DNA of 64,000 bases from an uncultured Candidatus Saccharibacteria bacterium. Lineage in GTDB: Bacteria; Patescibacteriota; Minisyncoccia; Phycocordibacterales; UBA9973. Position numbers and translations under genes: made by a program. Location: the NCBI GenBank assembly GCA_964646765.1, contig CAZYIA010000003.1, forward strand, positions 66,815-130,814. Reading direction: 5' to 3'. The notes below the pieces were generated by a model. It was given only the letters and a program-made list of their open reading frames with translations. It was not told where the DNA came from and did not search any database. This document shows positions 27,065 through 37,556 of this stretch, piece after piece. Within the stretch, counting starts at the first letter, position 1; every line of letters starts with the position of its first letter.

Positions 27065-29761
27065 ATGACAACCAGTATCACCAAGCGTGACGGCACAAAA
27101 GAAGAGTTCAATGCCGACCGTATCAACCGTTCAATTGAACGTGCTTGTTACGGAATTCAAAATCCGATCGAAAAGGTGACACAGATTGCTTCTGAAACTC
27201 AGCTTACCCTCTACGAAGGTATTACCACTGAAGAAATGGATCAGGCTACCATCAATGCTGCTCTTCAAAATGCTCAGTACGACCTCGACTACGATAAAAT
27301 TGCTACCCGCCTCCTCCTCAAAACTATTTACAAGCGTGTACTTGGTGACTATGAAACCAAAGAAGAGCTTGTAACGATGCACAAAGGTCACTTCAAACAC
27401 TATATTCGTCTTGGTATTGAACTTGGATTGCTCGATAAAAAACTACAGAGCAAGTTTGATCTTGATGAACTCGGCAAGCACTTAAAACTTGATCGTGATG
27501 AGCTCTACAAATATTCTGGTGTGTCGACAATGCTCGATCGTTATCTCATTAAAGATGAGAAGCGTCACCCCCTTGAAGCGCCGCAGTATTTTTGGATGCG
27601 TGTAGCGATGACGATGGCGCTTCCTGAAAAGAATCCAACCGAATGGGCAAAAAAGTTTTACGACAAAATGTCTCGTCTCGAGTATCTTTCAGCAGGAAGT
27701 ACAAACGTAAACGCGGGAACAAACTCACCATCATTCTCAAATTGTTACTTGATGCAGGTTGAAGATGACATGGATCATATTGGGAAGACGGTACGCGATG
27801 TGCTCATGCTCTCAAAAGCAACCGGTGGTATTGGTTTGGCAGTCACCAAACTTCGTGCATCGGGATCTCTCCTTCGTTCATCAAATACTGTTTCCTCTGG
27901 TCCAATTCCGTTCCTGCACATTATCGACTCAGCAATCAGAGCAGTGCAGCGTGGTGGAAAAAAACTTGGTGCCCTCTGTTTCTATATGGAAAACTGGCAC
28001 CTTGATTTCCAGGACTTCCTCGATTTGAAGCAAAATGCTGGTGATGACTACCGTCGAACCCGCACTGCCAATATCGCCGTCTACCTTTCTGATGAATTTA
28101 TGGCTCGTGTCCGTGACGATAAAGACTGGTACCTCTTTGATCCAAAAGAAACCCCTGACCTCGTTGAGCTTTACGGTAAGGCTTTCTCGAAGCGTTACCA
28201 AGAGTACTGCGACCTTGCCGAAAAAGGAGAAATTACTCTCTGGAAGAAGCTTCCAGCTCGTCAACAATATAAAAATATCTTAGTTTCTCTGCAGACTACT
28301 TCTCACCCATGGCTTACCTGGAAGGATACTATTAATGTTCGCGCACTAAATAACAACACCGGCACTATTCACTGTTCAAACCTTTGTACCGAAGTAACAC
28401 TTCCTCAGAACAAAGATAATGTGGCCGTCTGTAACCTGATTTCTGTAAACCTGCCGAAACACTTAGTAGGGAAGCAGATGGACTGGATGCGTCTCGAAGA
28501 ATCAGTTCGTCTTTCAATTCGCCAGCTCGATAACTTGATCGATATTAACCAACCGCCAATCCCTGAAGCAAAGCGTGCTGACAGTGAGAATCGCGCTGTT
28601 GGTCTTGGTCTCATGGGTCTCTCTGACACGATTGAACAACTTGGATATTCATATGAAGATACGGCCGCTCACGACTTCGTCGATAAAGTTTTTGAGTTCA
28701 TGAGTTATATGGCAATCGACGAGAGTGCTAAACTCGCTGAAGAACGCGGAGCGTACAAAAATTTTGATGGTTCAGGGTGGAGTAAGGGAATGGTTCCAAT
28801 GGATACACTTTCTAAACTGGCAGCTGATCGTGGTATTGAGCTCGCTATTCCAACTGGCCCAGTCGGTGGAATTCCAGAACTTGATTGGGAAGCACTTCGC
28901 AAGAAGGTGCGCAAAGGTGTACGTAATGCAACTGTGATGGCAATTGCTCCAAACGCAAACATTGGTTTGGTTGCTGGAACTTCTCCTGGTATTGATCCTC
29001 GTTTTGCTCAGATGTTCTCCCGCAACAAGATTTCTGGTAAGTATCTCGAAGTGAACTCAAACTTGGTAAATGACTTGAAAGAAGAAGGTCTTTGGGAAAA
29101 ATATCAAAGTGAAATTCTGGAAAACCATGGAGATATCCAAAACATTGCTGGTATCCCAGAATCTCTTAAGCGAATTTATAAAACTTCATTTTCTACTTCA
29201 CCATACGCGTTCATTGAAATAGCCGCTCGTGCTCAGAAATGGGTAGACCAAGCAATTTCTCGCAACATGTATCTTGATGTGCGTGATATCGACGAAGTGA
29301 TGAATATTTACAGTTCGGCATGGGAGAAGGGTTTGAAAACTACGTACTATCTCCACATGAAGCCAAAGCATACCGTTGAGCAATCAACTGTTGCCGTTAA
29401 TAAAGCAGCAGCTATGGGTAAGAAAGGTTTCTCCTCACTCTTTAATACTGCTCCAAAATCTGATACTCAAGCTACAGCTGTAGTTGTTGAAGAAGTCGTG
29501 AAAGTAGAAACGACTGAATCAACTCCATCACCAGTCATTATCGAGGCAACTGTCGCGGTTGCTGCTGCTCCTGTTATAGAACCTATCCAGGTAAAAGAGG
29601 AAGCAGTGCAGCAAAAACCTCAGCTTGAGAAACGAAAAGCCGCCTTTGCTCCACTTTCAGAACTCGCGAACGTTGCCAAAGCAGTGGATCGAAAACCAAA
29701 AGTAGTCATTCATGGTCCTGTGGACCCAAATGATGCCCTCTTGTGTGAAGGCTGTCAGTAG
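27065..29761 (+). CDS. nrdA: Ribonucleoside-diphosphate reductase alpha subunit (class I, with ATP-cone)
   Basis: N-terminal ATP-cone (ITKRDGTKEEFNADRINRSI). Active-site NLCTEV. C-terminal CEGCQ redox cysteines. Confidence 0.9.
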   Translation: MTTSITKRDGTKEEFNADRINRSIERACYGIQNPIEKVTQIASETQLTLYEGITTEEMDQATINAALQNAQYDLDYDKIATRLLLKTIYKRVLGDYETKEELVTMHKGHFKHYIRLGIELGLLDKKLQSKFDLDELGKHLKLDRDELYKYSGVSTMLDRYLIKDEKRHPLEAPQYFWMRVAMTMALPEKNPTEWAKKFYDKMSRLEYLSAGSTNVNAGTNSPSFSNCYLMQVEDDMDHIGKTVRDVLMLSKATGGIGLAVTKLRASGSLLRSSNTVSSGPIPFLHIIDSAIRAVQRGGKKLGALCFYMENWHLDFQDFLDLKQNAGDDYRRTRTANIAVYLSDEFMARVRDDKDWYLFDPKETPDLVELYGKAFSKRYQEYCDLAEKGEITLWKKLPARQQYKNILVSLQTTSHPWLTWKDTINVRALNNNTGTIHCSNLCTEVTLPQNKDNVAVCNLISVNLPKHLVGKQMDWMRLEESVRLSIRQLDNLIDINQPPIPEAKRADSENRAVGLGLMGLSDTIEQLGYSYEDTAAHDFVDKVFEFMSYMAIDESAKLAEERGAYKNFDGSGWSKGMVPMDTLSKLAADRGIELAIPTGPVGGIPELDWEALRKKVRKGVRNATVMAIAPNANIGLVAGTSPGIDPRFAQMFSRNKISGKYLEVNSNLVNDLKEEGLWEKYQSEILENHGDIQNIAGIPESLKRIYKTSFSTSPYAFIEIAARAQKWVDQAISRNMYLDVRDIDEVMNIYSSAWEKGLKTTYYLHMKPKHTVEQSTVAVNKAAAMGKKGFSSLFNTAPKSDTQATAVVVEEVVKVETTESTPSPVIIEATVAVAAAPVIEPIQVKEEAVQQKPQLEKRKAAFAPLSELANVAKAVDRKPKVVIHGPVDPNDALLCEGCQ

Positions 29762-29835
29762 GATAGTCTCCCGTTAGTCACTATTAGCCCGTCAGGATTG
29801 TCGCCTGGCGCAGTACTTCTAACCCTCAATTATTT

Positions 29836-30837
29836 ATGCTCGTCGGAAAAGCTACCCCTGAAGACACAAGTCTTCACCCAATGCACTATAAGTGGGCCTA
29901 TGATCTCTATAACCAAGCAGTGCGCAACACCTGGTTCCCACACGAAATTCCACTCGGTGAAGATCTCAAAGACTGGAACGAAATGACCCAAGATGAACGC
30001 CATGCGGTGAAGTTCTTGATGTCATTTTTTAACCCAGCCGAACTTATCGTGAATCGTTCACTCGCACTTGGCGTATACCCATACATCAAATCGCCAGAGT
30101 GTCACCTCTATCTCGCGAAGCAAATGTGGGAAGAAGCAAACCACTGCGTGGCTTTTGAATACGTACTTGAAACATTTCCGATGGATCGCGATACCATCTA
30201 TAAAATTCACACCGAAACTGAATCGATGGTAAAGAAAGAGGCCTTCATCACGAAATACTTGAAGCGCATGACCGAAGATCTTCTTGATATTGATACACCA
30301 GAAGGGAAGAAGGACTTTATCCGAAACCTTGTTGCTACCAACATTGTGATGGAAGGTATCTGGTTCTACTCAGGATTCATGGTGGTGCTTTCATTCCGCC
30401 AGCGCAACAAATTGCGAAACTTTGCTTCGATGGTGAACTGGGTAATTCGTGATGAATCGCTCCACCTTAAATTCGGTATGAGTCTTATCATGAACATTCT
30501 TGAAGAAAATCCAGAACTTCTTACCCAAGAATTTGCTGAAGAACTTCGCAATATTGTGATTGAAGGAGTTGATCTTGAAGTAGCCTACAACAAAGATCTC
30601 TTCCCAACAGGTATTCTTGGTTTGAATGCTGAATACGTAAACCAGTATGTGAAGTACGTTGCTGATCGTCGTCTCGAAGAGCTCGGCATGCCAAAACACT
30701 ACGGTGCAACGAACCCAGCAAAGTGGATGAGTACTGCAACCGACGTCTACGAATTGGTGAATTTCTTCGAAGCCCAGAACACCGCCTACGAAGTGGACGC
30801 CCACGGCCACTCAAAAAAGGACGGAGAAAAGAAATAA
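29836..30837 (+). CDS. nrdB: Ribonucleoside-diphosphate reductase beta subunit
   Basis: Di-iron ligand motifs EEANHCVAFEYV and VIRDESLHLKFG. C-terminal Tyr/Glu-rich tail. Confidence 0.9.
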   Translation: MLVGKATPEDTSLHPMHYKWAYDLYNQAVRNTWFPHEIPLGEDLKDWNEMTQDERHAVKFLMSFFNPAELIVNRSLALGVYPYIKSPECHLYLAKQMWEEANHCVAFEYVLETFPMDRDTIYKIHTETESMVKKEAFITKYLKRMTEDLLDIDTPEGKKDFIRNLVATNIVMEGIWFYSGFMVVLSFRQRNKLRNFASMVNWVIRDESLHLKFGMSLIMNILEENPELLTQEFAEELRNIVIEGVDLEVAYNKDLFPTGILGLNAEYVNQYVKYVADRRLEELGMPKHYGATNPAKWMSTATDVYELVNFFEAQNTAYEVDAHGHSKKDGEKK

Positions 30838-30848
30838 TCTCTCTGCGA

Positions 30849-30873
30849 CAAACCCGCCTGTACGGCGGGTTTT
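30849..30873 (+). terminator. Rho-independent terminator after nrdB
   Basis: AAACCCGCC-tgtac-GGCGGGTTTT. Confidence 0.75.
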
Positions 30874-30892
30874 AGCGTGCTAGAATCGCTCT

Positions 30893-32632
30893 ATGACCGA
30901 AAGCCGAAACTGCCAGAACTGTAAGGCTACTTTTACTATTTATCCGGAAGACGTTCTGTTTTACGAGCGAATTTCAGTTCCAAAACCAACTTTTTGCCCT
31001 GATTGTCGGATGGCTCGAAGAATGAGTTTCCGGAATCTTCGAAGTTTATATCGTCGAGTATGTGGTTTGTGCGCAAGAGCAATTATTACGATGTATCATA
31101 CTGATGATCCGGCTCCGGTTTTTTGTAATGAGTGCTGGCTCAGTGATGGATGGGATGGGTCAGAATACGCCCAAGATATTGACTGGTCTCGGCCGTTCTT
31201 AGCCCAGTGGCACGAGCTTTATCAAAAAGTGCCACGATATGCGCTTTGGAAACCTGGGGGCGCAATGCAAAATTCTGAATATACAAATTATTCTATAGAT
31301 AACAAAAATTGTTATTTGTCGTACTCTGTTGTTCGATGCGAAGATGTTGCATATTCTGAAAACATTGACGATTCAAAAGAATGCCTGGATTGTTTGTATA
31401 TGAAAGGCGGAGAACTCTGTTATGAGAACATTGAGAGTAGTAAGAATTCTCGTTGTCGATATACCTTCCAATGTCGTGATTCAATAGATTCGTGGTTTAT
31501 CTATGACTGTGCCAATTGCCAGGATTGTTTTATGTCCGCTAATCTTCGCAATAATCGATATGTTTTCCGCGGTGAACAGCTTTCGCGAGAAGAATACCAA
31601 AAAAGAATGGCAAACATTGATACTGAGGATCAGGAAGTTATTAATTCCCTAAGAGAGGAATTTCGTGCACTCATACAGTCAAGTATTCATCGTTTTGCTA
31701 ATATTTTGCAGAGTCCGGACGCAACCGGAGAACAGATCCAAAACGCTCGCAGTGTCTTTCGGTCGTTTGGTGTTTACAATGCCGAGTACGTCCGTTATGG
31801 TGCCCGTGTTTTATCAGGGTCAGATCTTTTCGATGTCTATGGAATTTCTGAAACTGAACTTGCCTACGAATCCATGGCGACATCGTTCGGTATGCAAAAC
31901 AGTAAGTGCTCTTTTTTGTGTGATAATACAACGAGTGATATTACCTATTGTGTTCTTTCAAAAGGCCTTTCGAATTGTTTTGGTTGCATTGGTTTAAAGA
32001 AAAAATCATATTCAATTTTGAACAAGCAATATTCCCAAGAAGAATATGAAATTCTTGTACCGAAACTCATTGAGCATATGAATGTGATGCCATATATCGA
32101 TAGAAAAGGACATGAGTACAAGTATGGAGAGTTTTTCCCATTTGAATTTTCCCCGTTTGCATATAACGAAACTGTCGCCCATGATTATTTCCCGATAACA
32201 GAGGTAGGAGCTGACAGTTTTGGATATCTATGGAAAGGGAAAGAAGAGCGAGACTATAAAATAACTATTCCTATGGGATCGTTTGCTGCTACCCCAAGTG
32301 AAATGGATGAGGCTGTTACAAAGGAAGTTGTGGGGTGTGTAAATCAAGGAAGTTCTGAAACTCAATGTACAACAGCTTTCCGCATTACGTCGGATGAACT
32401 GCTACTGCTGCAACGTCTGAAATTACCATTTCCTAAAAAATGCCCAAACTGTCGTCATTATGAGCGACTAGCAATACGCGCACCGATGTGTCTTAACCAG
32501 GGAAGTTGTATGTGCGAAGTAAAAACTCATAACCACGGTGATGTTTGTGGTAAGAATTTTGAAACTCCATGGAATCCGGGCAAAATCTCAAAACTCTACT
32601 GTGAACCTTGTTACCAACAAGAAGTAAGTTAA
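30893..32632 (+). CDS. Hypothetical cysteine-rich (about 27 Cys) protein with N- and C-terminal zinc-ribbon-like CxxC pairs and internal Cys-led repeats
   Basis: N-terminus CQNC...CPDCR...CGLC...CNEC. Middle region has repeated approximately 20-aa units each beginning with Cys (CYLSYSVVRCEDVAYSENIDDSKECLDCLYMKGGELCYENIESSKNSRCRYTFQCRDSIDS...). C-terminus CPNCRHYE...CMCE...CGKN...CEPC. No family recognised. Confidence 0.5.
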   Translation: MTESRNCQNCKATFTIYPEDVLFYERISVPKPTFCPDCRMARRMSFRNLRSLYRRVCGLCARAIITMYHTDDPAPVFCNECWLSDGWDGSEYAQDIDWSRPFLAQWHELYQKVPRYALWKPGGAMQNSEYTNYSIDNKNCYLSYSVVRCEDVAYSENIDDSKECLDCLYMKGGELCYENIESSKNSRCRYTFQCRDSIDSWFIYDCANCQDCFMSANLRNNRYVFRGEQLSREEYQKRMANIDTEDQEVINSLREEFRALIQSSIHRFANILQSPDATGEQIQNARSVFRSFGVYNAEYVRYGARVLSGSDLFDVYGISETELAYESMATSFGMQNSKCSFLCDNTTSDITYCVLSKGLSNCFGCIGLKKKSYSILNKQYSQEEYEILVPKLIEHMNVMPYIDRKGHEYKYGEFFPFEFSPFAYNETVAHDYFPITEVGADSFGYLWKGKEERDYKITIPMGSFAATPSEMDEAVTKEVVGCVNQGSSETQCTTAFRITSDELLLLQRLKLPFPKKCPNCRHYERLAIRAPMCLNQGSCMCEVKTHNHGDVCGKNFETPWNPGKISKLYCEPCYQQEVS

Positions 32633-32711
32633 AAATGTATATATACACTCCACGTCAGGGGTGAGAAATGTATATAAAGACAAAAAGGGCTTACTTTGCT
32701 ATAGTTTTTTC

Positions 32712-33035
32712 ATGGAAAACCCTAATGTGCAGCATGAGCAAGCAACTGCCCACGTGTCTTATAAAGAAACTCGAGAGCTTTTAGATGAACTTCGGGTTGA
32801 CCGGTTAGCGAACCAATTTTCAAATCGAGTAGCCACATTGGTGATTGCTTCACTTGGTTTAACTACTGCGCTTGCTTGGGACGATACCCTTCGTGGAATT
32901 TTCCATGCCATCTTCGGCGCTAGTGAGTCGCTTGGTGAAAAAATTCTCTATTCGGTTTTAGTTACTCTATGCGCGGTTATCATTACCATTGTTCTGGCTC
33001 GCTCGATTCGCCGGAAAGATAAAATAAAGGAATAA
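32712..33035 (+). CDS. Small hypothetical 2-TM membrane protein
   Basis: Two hydrophobic helices. Start at MENPN. Confidence 0.35.
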   Translation: MENPNVQHEQATAHVSYKETRELLDELRVDRLANQFSNRVATLVIASLGLTTALAWDDTLRGIFHAIFGASESLGEKILYSVLVTLCAVIITIVLARSIRRKDKIKE

Positions 33036-33907
33036 TGATTCTCACTACTAAACCAGAAAAAGACTACGAACTACTCGATAGTGGTAGCGGCTTAAAACTC
33101 GAACGTTACGGCTCGTTCGTTCTTTCTCGTCCTGATCCGCAGGCATTGTGGCAGCCGCTTTTGAAAGGCGAGTGGCAAACTGCCGATGCAACGTTTATTC
33201 GGAAAGGGAAACATGTTGAGTGGAAAAAGAAAAAAACTTTTCCGGCTGCTTGGCCGATACAGTTTGGTGGACTCACGTTTGAAATCAGACCATCTTCATT
33301 TAAGCATACCGGCTTATTTCCTGAGCATCTTTCGAGTTGGCAATGGATGGCCTGGAAGATAGAGCAAAGAACAACCCCAGTAAAGGTATTGAATCTTTTT
33401 GGCTATACCGGCGGAGCAACTCTCGCGTGTGCCAAGGCAGGTGGAGAAGTGACTCATGTTGATGGCTCAAAAATGGCCATTGCTTGGGCGCGCAAAAATC
33501 AAGAACTCTCAGGTCTTTCTGAAAAACCAATTCGCTGGATTCTTGATGACGCTGTGCAGTTTCTAAAACGTGAAGTAAAGCGTGGAAACAAATACGACGG
33601 TATCGTGATGGATCCACCAGCTTTTGGGCATGGAGCGAAAGGGGAAGTGTGGAAAATTGAAGAGAATTTCCAAGAACTAATGAGCTTATGTTTCCAAGTT
33701 CTCTCGGATAAACCGCTGTTCTTTTTGATCAACGGTTATGCTTCCGGCTATTCACCGATTGCGTACCAAAACAATCTTTTGCCGCTTACTGAAAAGTTCG
33801 GTGGCATAGTCGAAACAGGGGAATTAGCTATCGAAGAATCAAACAAAACGTCTGGTAACCTAGGCCGGCTGTTGCCGTGTGGTATTTTTGCCCGTTGGAG
33901 CAAATAG
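33035..33907 (+). CDS. Class I SAM-dependent methyltransferase (RlmI/YccW-like rRNA methyltransferase core)
   Basis: Rossmann SAM motif LNLFGYTGGATLACAKAGG and DPPAFG catalytic motif. Confidence 0.65.
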   Translation: MILTTKPEKDYELLDSGSGLKLERYGSFVLSRPDPQALWQPLLKGEWQTADATFIRKGKHVEWKKKKTFPAAWPIQFGGLTFEIRPSSFKHTGLFPEHLSSWQWMAWKIEQRTTPVKVLNLFGYTGGATLACAKAGGEVTHVDGSKMAIAWARKNQELSGLSEKPIRWILDDAVQFLKREVKRGNKYDGIVMDPPAFGHGAKGEVWKIEENFQELMSLCFQVLSDKPLFFLINGYASGYSPIAYQNNLLPLTEKFGGIVETGELAIEESNKTSGNLGRLLPCGIFARWSK

Positions 33908-33999
33908 TTGCTTCTCTATAAAAAGGGTTTACACTGTACATAACAGATCACTTTTTAAAGTTTGATCACTGAAAATTTCATACACAAAACCTACTTTCT

Positions 34000-34269
34000 A
34001 TGGCTAGGAAAACGAAATTCTATTACCGGATTGAAGGGGAATTTCATCAAAGAAAGTACGCTCCGTTTGAATTTGAATTCTATGCAGAAACACACCGAAC
34101 CCTTGAAAGCCTGGGTATCGCAGATATTCTCGATATTCTTACCCAGATATCTCCCCAAGATAGTATTGGGGCAGAAGAAGTAAAAGGATGGTCGTTTGAG
34201 CCCATTACCAAAAAAGAATTTAAATCACAGGATGCAACTTTTATTATTCCCGTACCACAAACAAAGTGA
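34000..34269 (+). CDS. Hypothetical protein
   Basis: 89-aa ORF. No family recognised. Confidence 0.3.
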   Translation: MARKTKFYYRIEGEFHQRKYAPFEFEFYAETHRTLESLGIADILDILTQISPQDSIGAEEVKGWSFEPITKKEFKSQDATFIIPVPQTK

Positions 34270-34336
34270 AACTGAGCGGTATATATAGTATCGCTCTTTT
34301 TCTAATTTCATTTGACGCCCATGCTATAGTGAACGT

Positions 34337-34963
34337 ATGGGGTTTTTAGACAAACTGAATTGGCGCTACGCTGTCAAAAAATTCAATACCCAAGTTGTTT
34401 CAGAGGATGCTCTTACAAAGATTATTGAGGCTATTCGTATGGCTCCATCGGCTTCAGGGCTCCAGCCGTACCATATTACCGTGGTTCGTGATCAGGCACT
34501 CCGCGAAAAGTTGTTTGAACACGCCAAAGGTAATCCAAAAATTTTGAATTGCTCACATTTATTTGTGTTTTCTTCCCGAGTAGATTTTCCAAAACGTGTC
34601 GAAGATTTTATTGCCGAAGTAAAAAAGACTCGAAATCAAACTGATGAAGATGTCCTACTCTATCGAGAGAGTCTTTTAAAAGGTGTTACTGTAAAAACTC
34701 CTGACGAGCTTCGGGTATGGGCAGGGAAGCAAACCTACCTTGCGTTAGGTTTTGGGTTAGCAGCGGCAGCAGAACTTGGCGTTGATTCTGGCCCGATGGA
34801 AGGATTCAAAAAAGACGAATTCAAACGAGTGCTCGAGCTTCCAGACTATATGTATCCAGAAGCACTTATGGCTATTGGTTATCGCGATCCAACTGACGAG
34901 AATCAGCCAGAATTTCGTAAAAAAGTACGGTTCCAAAAAGATGAGCTTTTTGATTTTCGCTAA
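34337..34963 (+). CDS. Nitroreductase-family NAD(P)H flavin oxidoreductase
   Basis: RYAVKKF...IEAIRMAPSASGLQPYHITVV at the N-terminus and a nitroreductase C-terminal fold. Confidence 0.75.
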   Translation: MGFLDKLNWRYAVKKFNTQVVSEDALTKIIEAIRMAPSASGLQPYHITVVRDQALREKLFEHAKGNPKILNCSHLFVFSSRVDFPKRVEDFIAEVKKTRNQTDEDVLLYRESLLKGVTVKTPDELRVWAGKQTYLALGFGLAAAAELGVDSGPMEGFKKDEFKRVLELPDYMYPEALMAIGYRDPTDENQPEFRKKVRFQKDELFDFR

Positions 34964-35196
34964 GCTATTGATGTGGAAAAGAGATTTTGCTCTTACCAGT
35001 CGAGTGCTACCATAGGTGTATGACACTTACGCAAATTTGGAACGGTATCGCGCTCGCCATTAATAATATTGGTGTTGTCTTGTTTCTCATTCTTCTCCTT
35101 ATTGATGCCGTTCTGTGGCGAATTCACCCGGTACTCGGTACTTTAGGAGCACTCTTTATTTTCGCGCTTCTTTTTGGCCTTATTCACATTTAAGTC

Positions 35197-35793
35197 ATGC
35201 GACACGTTTCTCGCGAGAACTTAATAACCGTTCTCGCTCTCTCGATCATTTTCTCTCTGATTCTTGGAGTGAGTACTTTTTGGTTTGCGCCAACAGGACT
35301 TACTTATAGCAAAGCATCCTTTATTAATTTTGCTTGGTTAGTATTTGGGCTTGGTCTCGCAAGGTTTTTTGCTCGAGATACTCTAGAGTCAATTCATCTT
35401 TCAAAAATTGGAAGCCTTCTTATTATTTGTGTGAGTATAACAGCAGTCATTCTTGCCTTTTTTGCCGGTGATCCTATGACTCGGGCAATTAAGCTTTTAG
35501 AAATCTTATTTCAAGATTTGGTGATTGCTGGTGTTCTTGTGTCTCTGTTTCCGGTACTCGAAAAAACTAAAGAACGTTTAGTATTAGCATTTTCTTTTGC
35601 AGCAATTCATCTGCCTTTAATCGCTGTTGCTCCACTTGCTCATGCTGGGGTGGTGGTTATTGCTTCATATATTGTGGCGTATCTCACACCGCACTGGTTT
35701 GTGCAGTCAAAACGGGATATGGCATTTATTATCGTGCCACACATTGTTTTCTATTTACTTTTCGGGAGCTACCTTGTTGGGATTACGTGGTAG
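35197..35793 (+). CDS. Hypothetical polytopic membrane protein
   Basis: Five or six TM helices. No firm family assignment; the CPBP motifs are not clearly present. Confidence 0.35.
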   Translation: MRHVSRENLITVLALSIIFSLILGVSTFWFAPTGLTYSKASFINFAWLVFGLGLARFFARDTLESIHLSKIGSLLIICVSITAVILAFFAGDPMTRAIKLLEILFQDLVIAGVLVSLFPVLEKTKERLVLAFSFAAIHLPLIAVAPLAHAGVVVIASYIVAYLTPHWFVQSKRDMAFIIVPHIVFYLLFGSYLVGITW

Positions 35794-36981
35794 TTAGACA
35801 ATGGTAAGTATTGCGACTTCAGGGTCTGTTCCGATACGGAGAAGCGGACCTGCAGTGCCGACTCCAACGGAAGTGAAACCAGCGGTTTCACCCAAGGTGT
35901 AGTGACCCTTTGTTTTCTTTTTATAAATTGCCTTCACAAACAACGTAAGAGGGAAAAATTGGCCGCTATGAGTGTGGCCTGAGATGATAAGTGAAATACC
36001 TGCCTCTGCCAGAGCCTCAGCGTTTTTAGGATCATGGAGAATGGCAATTGAAGGCTTATCGTTTTTAGTGAAGCCGGCACGACTTAGTCGTTCGCGTGTT
36101 GCTGTAAATTTTTCGTGAGCATAAATGAGGCCAACAATAGTTGTATCGTTTATCGTAACTGTTTGATCATTGAGTACCGTTACATGCTTACCTAAGGCCT
36201 GATAGTACGCTTCCTGATCACGGTTGTATTCATCGTGATTGCCGGCTGTATAGAAGGCACCAAAAGTACTTTTAAGTTCCGAGAGTGGTGCCAGTGCTTC
36301 TTCGTAGGGAATTACTGGACCATCGATGAGATCGCCAGCAATGAAAATAATATCCGGTTTTTCAGCATTCGTGAGATCAACCACTTTCTTCATGAACCGT
36401 TCGCGGCGTACCATGCCGAGGTGAACATCAGAAATTACTGCAATTTTTTTGCCACTCCACAGCGGTGAAAGAGTTGGTGCGGTAATTCTGTAGTGAACCG
36501 CATTTGGGGTGAGGGCATTATAAATACCATAGATAAGTAAAGCCGCAATTCCGAGAAGGGTTATTACTAGCGTAGTAACGAGCGGAAGATGAATTCCAAT
36601 CGTTATAGTAACGATATACAGAATAGTAAGTAGTGCTGATGCAAAGAAGAGATAAATTAGAATTGGTATCCAAAAAATGACGATACTATATACAAGTGCT
36701 AATGCCCCGTGGTAACGGAATCGGCCAAAAATCATTGTTGCTACAATGAAGAGTGGTCCAAAGAGCATCGTCATCTTAAGTGCTACAACGAGGGCAAGTA
36801 GCTTCCCTGAAGCAAAGGTTGTAACCGTTGTAAGGGTTACAAACGAACAGGCAGCAATAATAACTAAGAAGAGGATGATCGAAAAAAGATACATGCGGTT
36901 TAACATCCGAGTGAGTATAACATACCGCCCTAGAGTGATTGGAACACGGCCGTTCTTCATGTACAATACAAGCCTAATCAT
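35794..36981 (-). CDS. Membrane-anchored metallophosphoesterase (calcineurin-like, YkuE-type)
   Basis: Multiple N-terminal TM helices, then SDVHLG...DIIFIAGDLID...AGNHDEY...GHTHSGQ metal-ligand motifs. The true start may be an internal Met. Confidence 0.75.
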   Translation of the reverse strand: MIRLVLYMKNGRVPITLGRYVILTRMLNRMYLFSIILFLVIIAACSFVTLTTVTTFASGKLLALVVALKMTMLFGPLFIVATMIFGRFRYHGALALVYSIVIFWIPILIYLFFASALLTILYIVTITIGIHLPLVTTLVITLLGIAALLIYGIYNALTPNAVHYRITAPTLSPLWSGKKIAVISDVHLGMVRRERFMKKVVDLTNAEKPDIIFIAGDLIDGPVIPYEEALAPLSELKSTFGAFYTAGNHDEYNRDQEAYYQALGKHVTVLNDQTVTINDTTIVGLIYAHEKFTATRERLSRAGFTKNDKPSIAILHDPKNAEALAEAGISLIISGHTHSGQFFPLTLFVKAIYKKKTKGHYTLGETAGFTSVGVGTAGPLLRIGTDPEVAILTIV

Positions 36982-36995
36982 AAGTTGTACCTCGT

Positions 36996-37547
36996 ATGCA
37001 AAAATCTGACCTTGTATTTCCCATTGTTTTGATTATTGTATGTGCACTCGTGTTTGGTGGCATCTATTATGCTGCCTCTCGTGATAAGGGAACGACACAA
37101 TCTTCATCAACTAGTGGAGATTTATCAGCTAATAACAATCAATCTATGAGTACCGCAGAGAAGAATTTACAAGATGGTCAGGCTTTTTTGGCAGAAAATG
37201 GCAAGCGTTCGGAAGTGCATACAACCACTAGTGGACTTCAGTATGAAATTCTTCGTGAAGGAACTGGACCAAAGCCAACCAAAAATCAAACAGTTAAAGT
37301 TGATTACGAAGGAACATTAATTGACGGCACTGTTTTTGATAGTTCATACAAGCGAGGTGAACCGATCGAATTCGGTGTCACCCAGGTAATTGCGGGTTGG
37401 ACAGAAGCACTTCAGCTTATGCCAGTTGGTTCTAAATGGAAACTCTATATTCCATCCAATTTAGCCTATGGCCCATACGGGGCAGGTGGAGCAATTGGCC
37501 CGAATGAGACGCTTATTTTTACTGTCGAACTTCTTGGTGTCCGCTAA
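36996..37547 (+). CDS. FKBP-type peptidyl-prolyl cis-trans isomerase
   Basis: [12 protein letters not shown]...[40 protein letters not shown]...[10 protein letters not shown]. Confidence 0.85.
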   Translation: MQKSDLVFPIVLIIVCALVFGGIYYAASRDKGTTQSSSTSGDLSANNNQSMSTAEKNLQDGQAFLAENGKRSEVHTTTSGLQYEILREGTGPKPTKNQTVKVDYEGTLIDGTVFDSSYKRGEPIEFGVTQVIAGWTEALQLMPVGSKWKLYIPSNLAYGPYGAGGAIGPNETLIFTVELLGVR

Positions 37548-37556
37548 ATAGCATAT

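Noticed and set aside
35197-35793. CPBP/CAAX protease assignment for the 198-aa membrane protein
   Set aside because: The EExxxR, FxxxH and HxxxN motif trio is not convincingly present. I left it as a hypothetical membrane protein.
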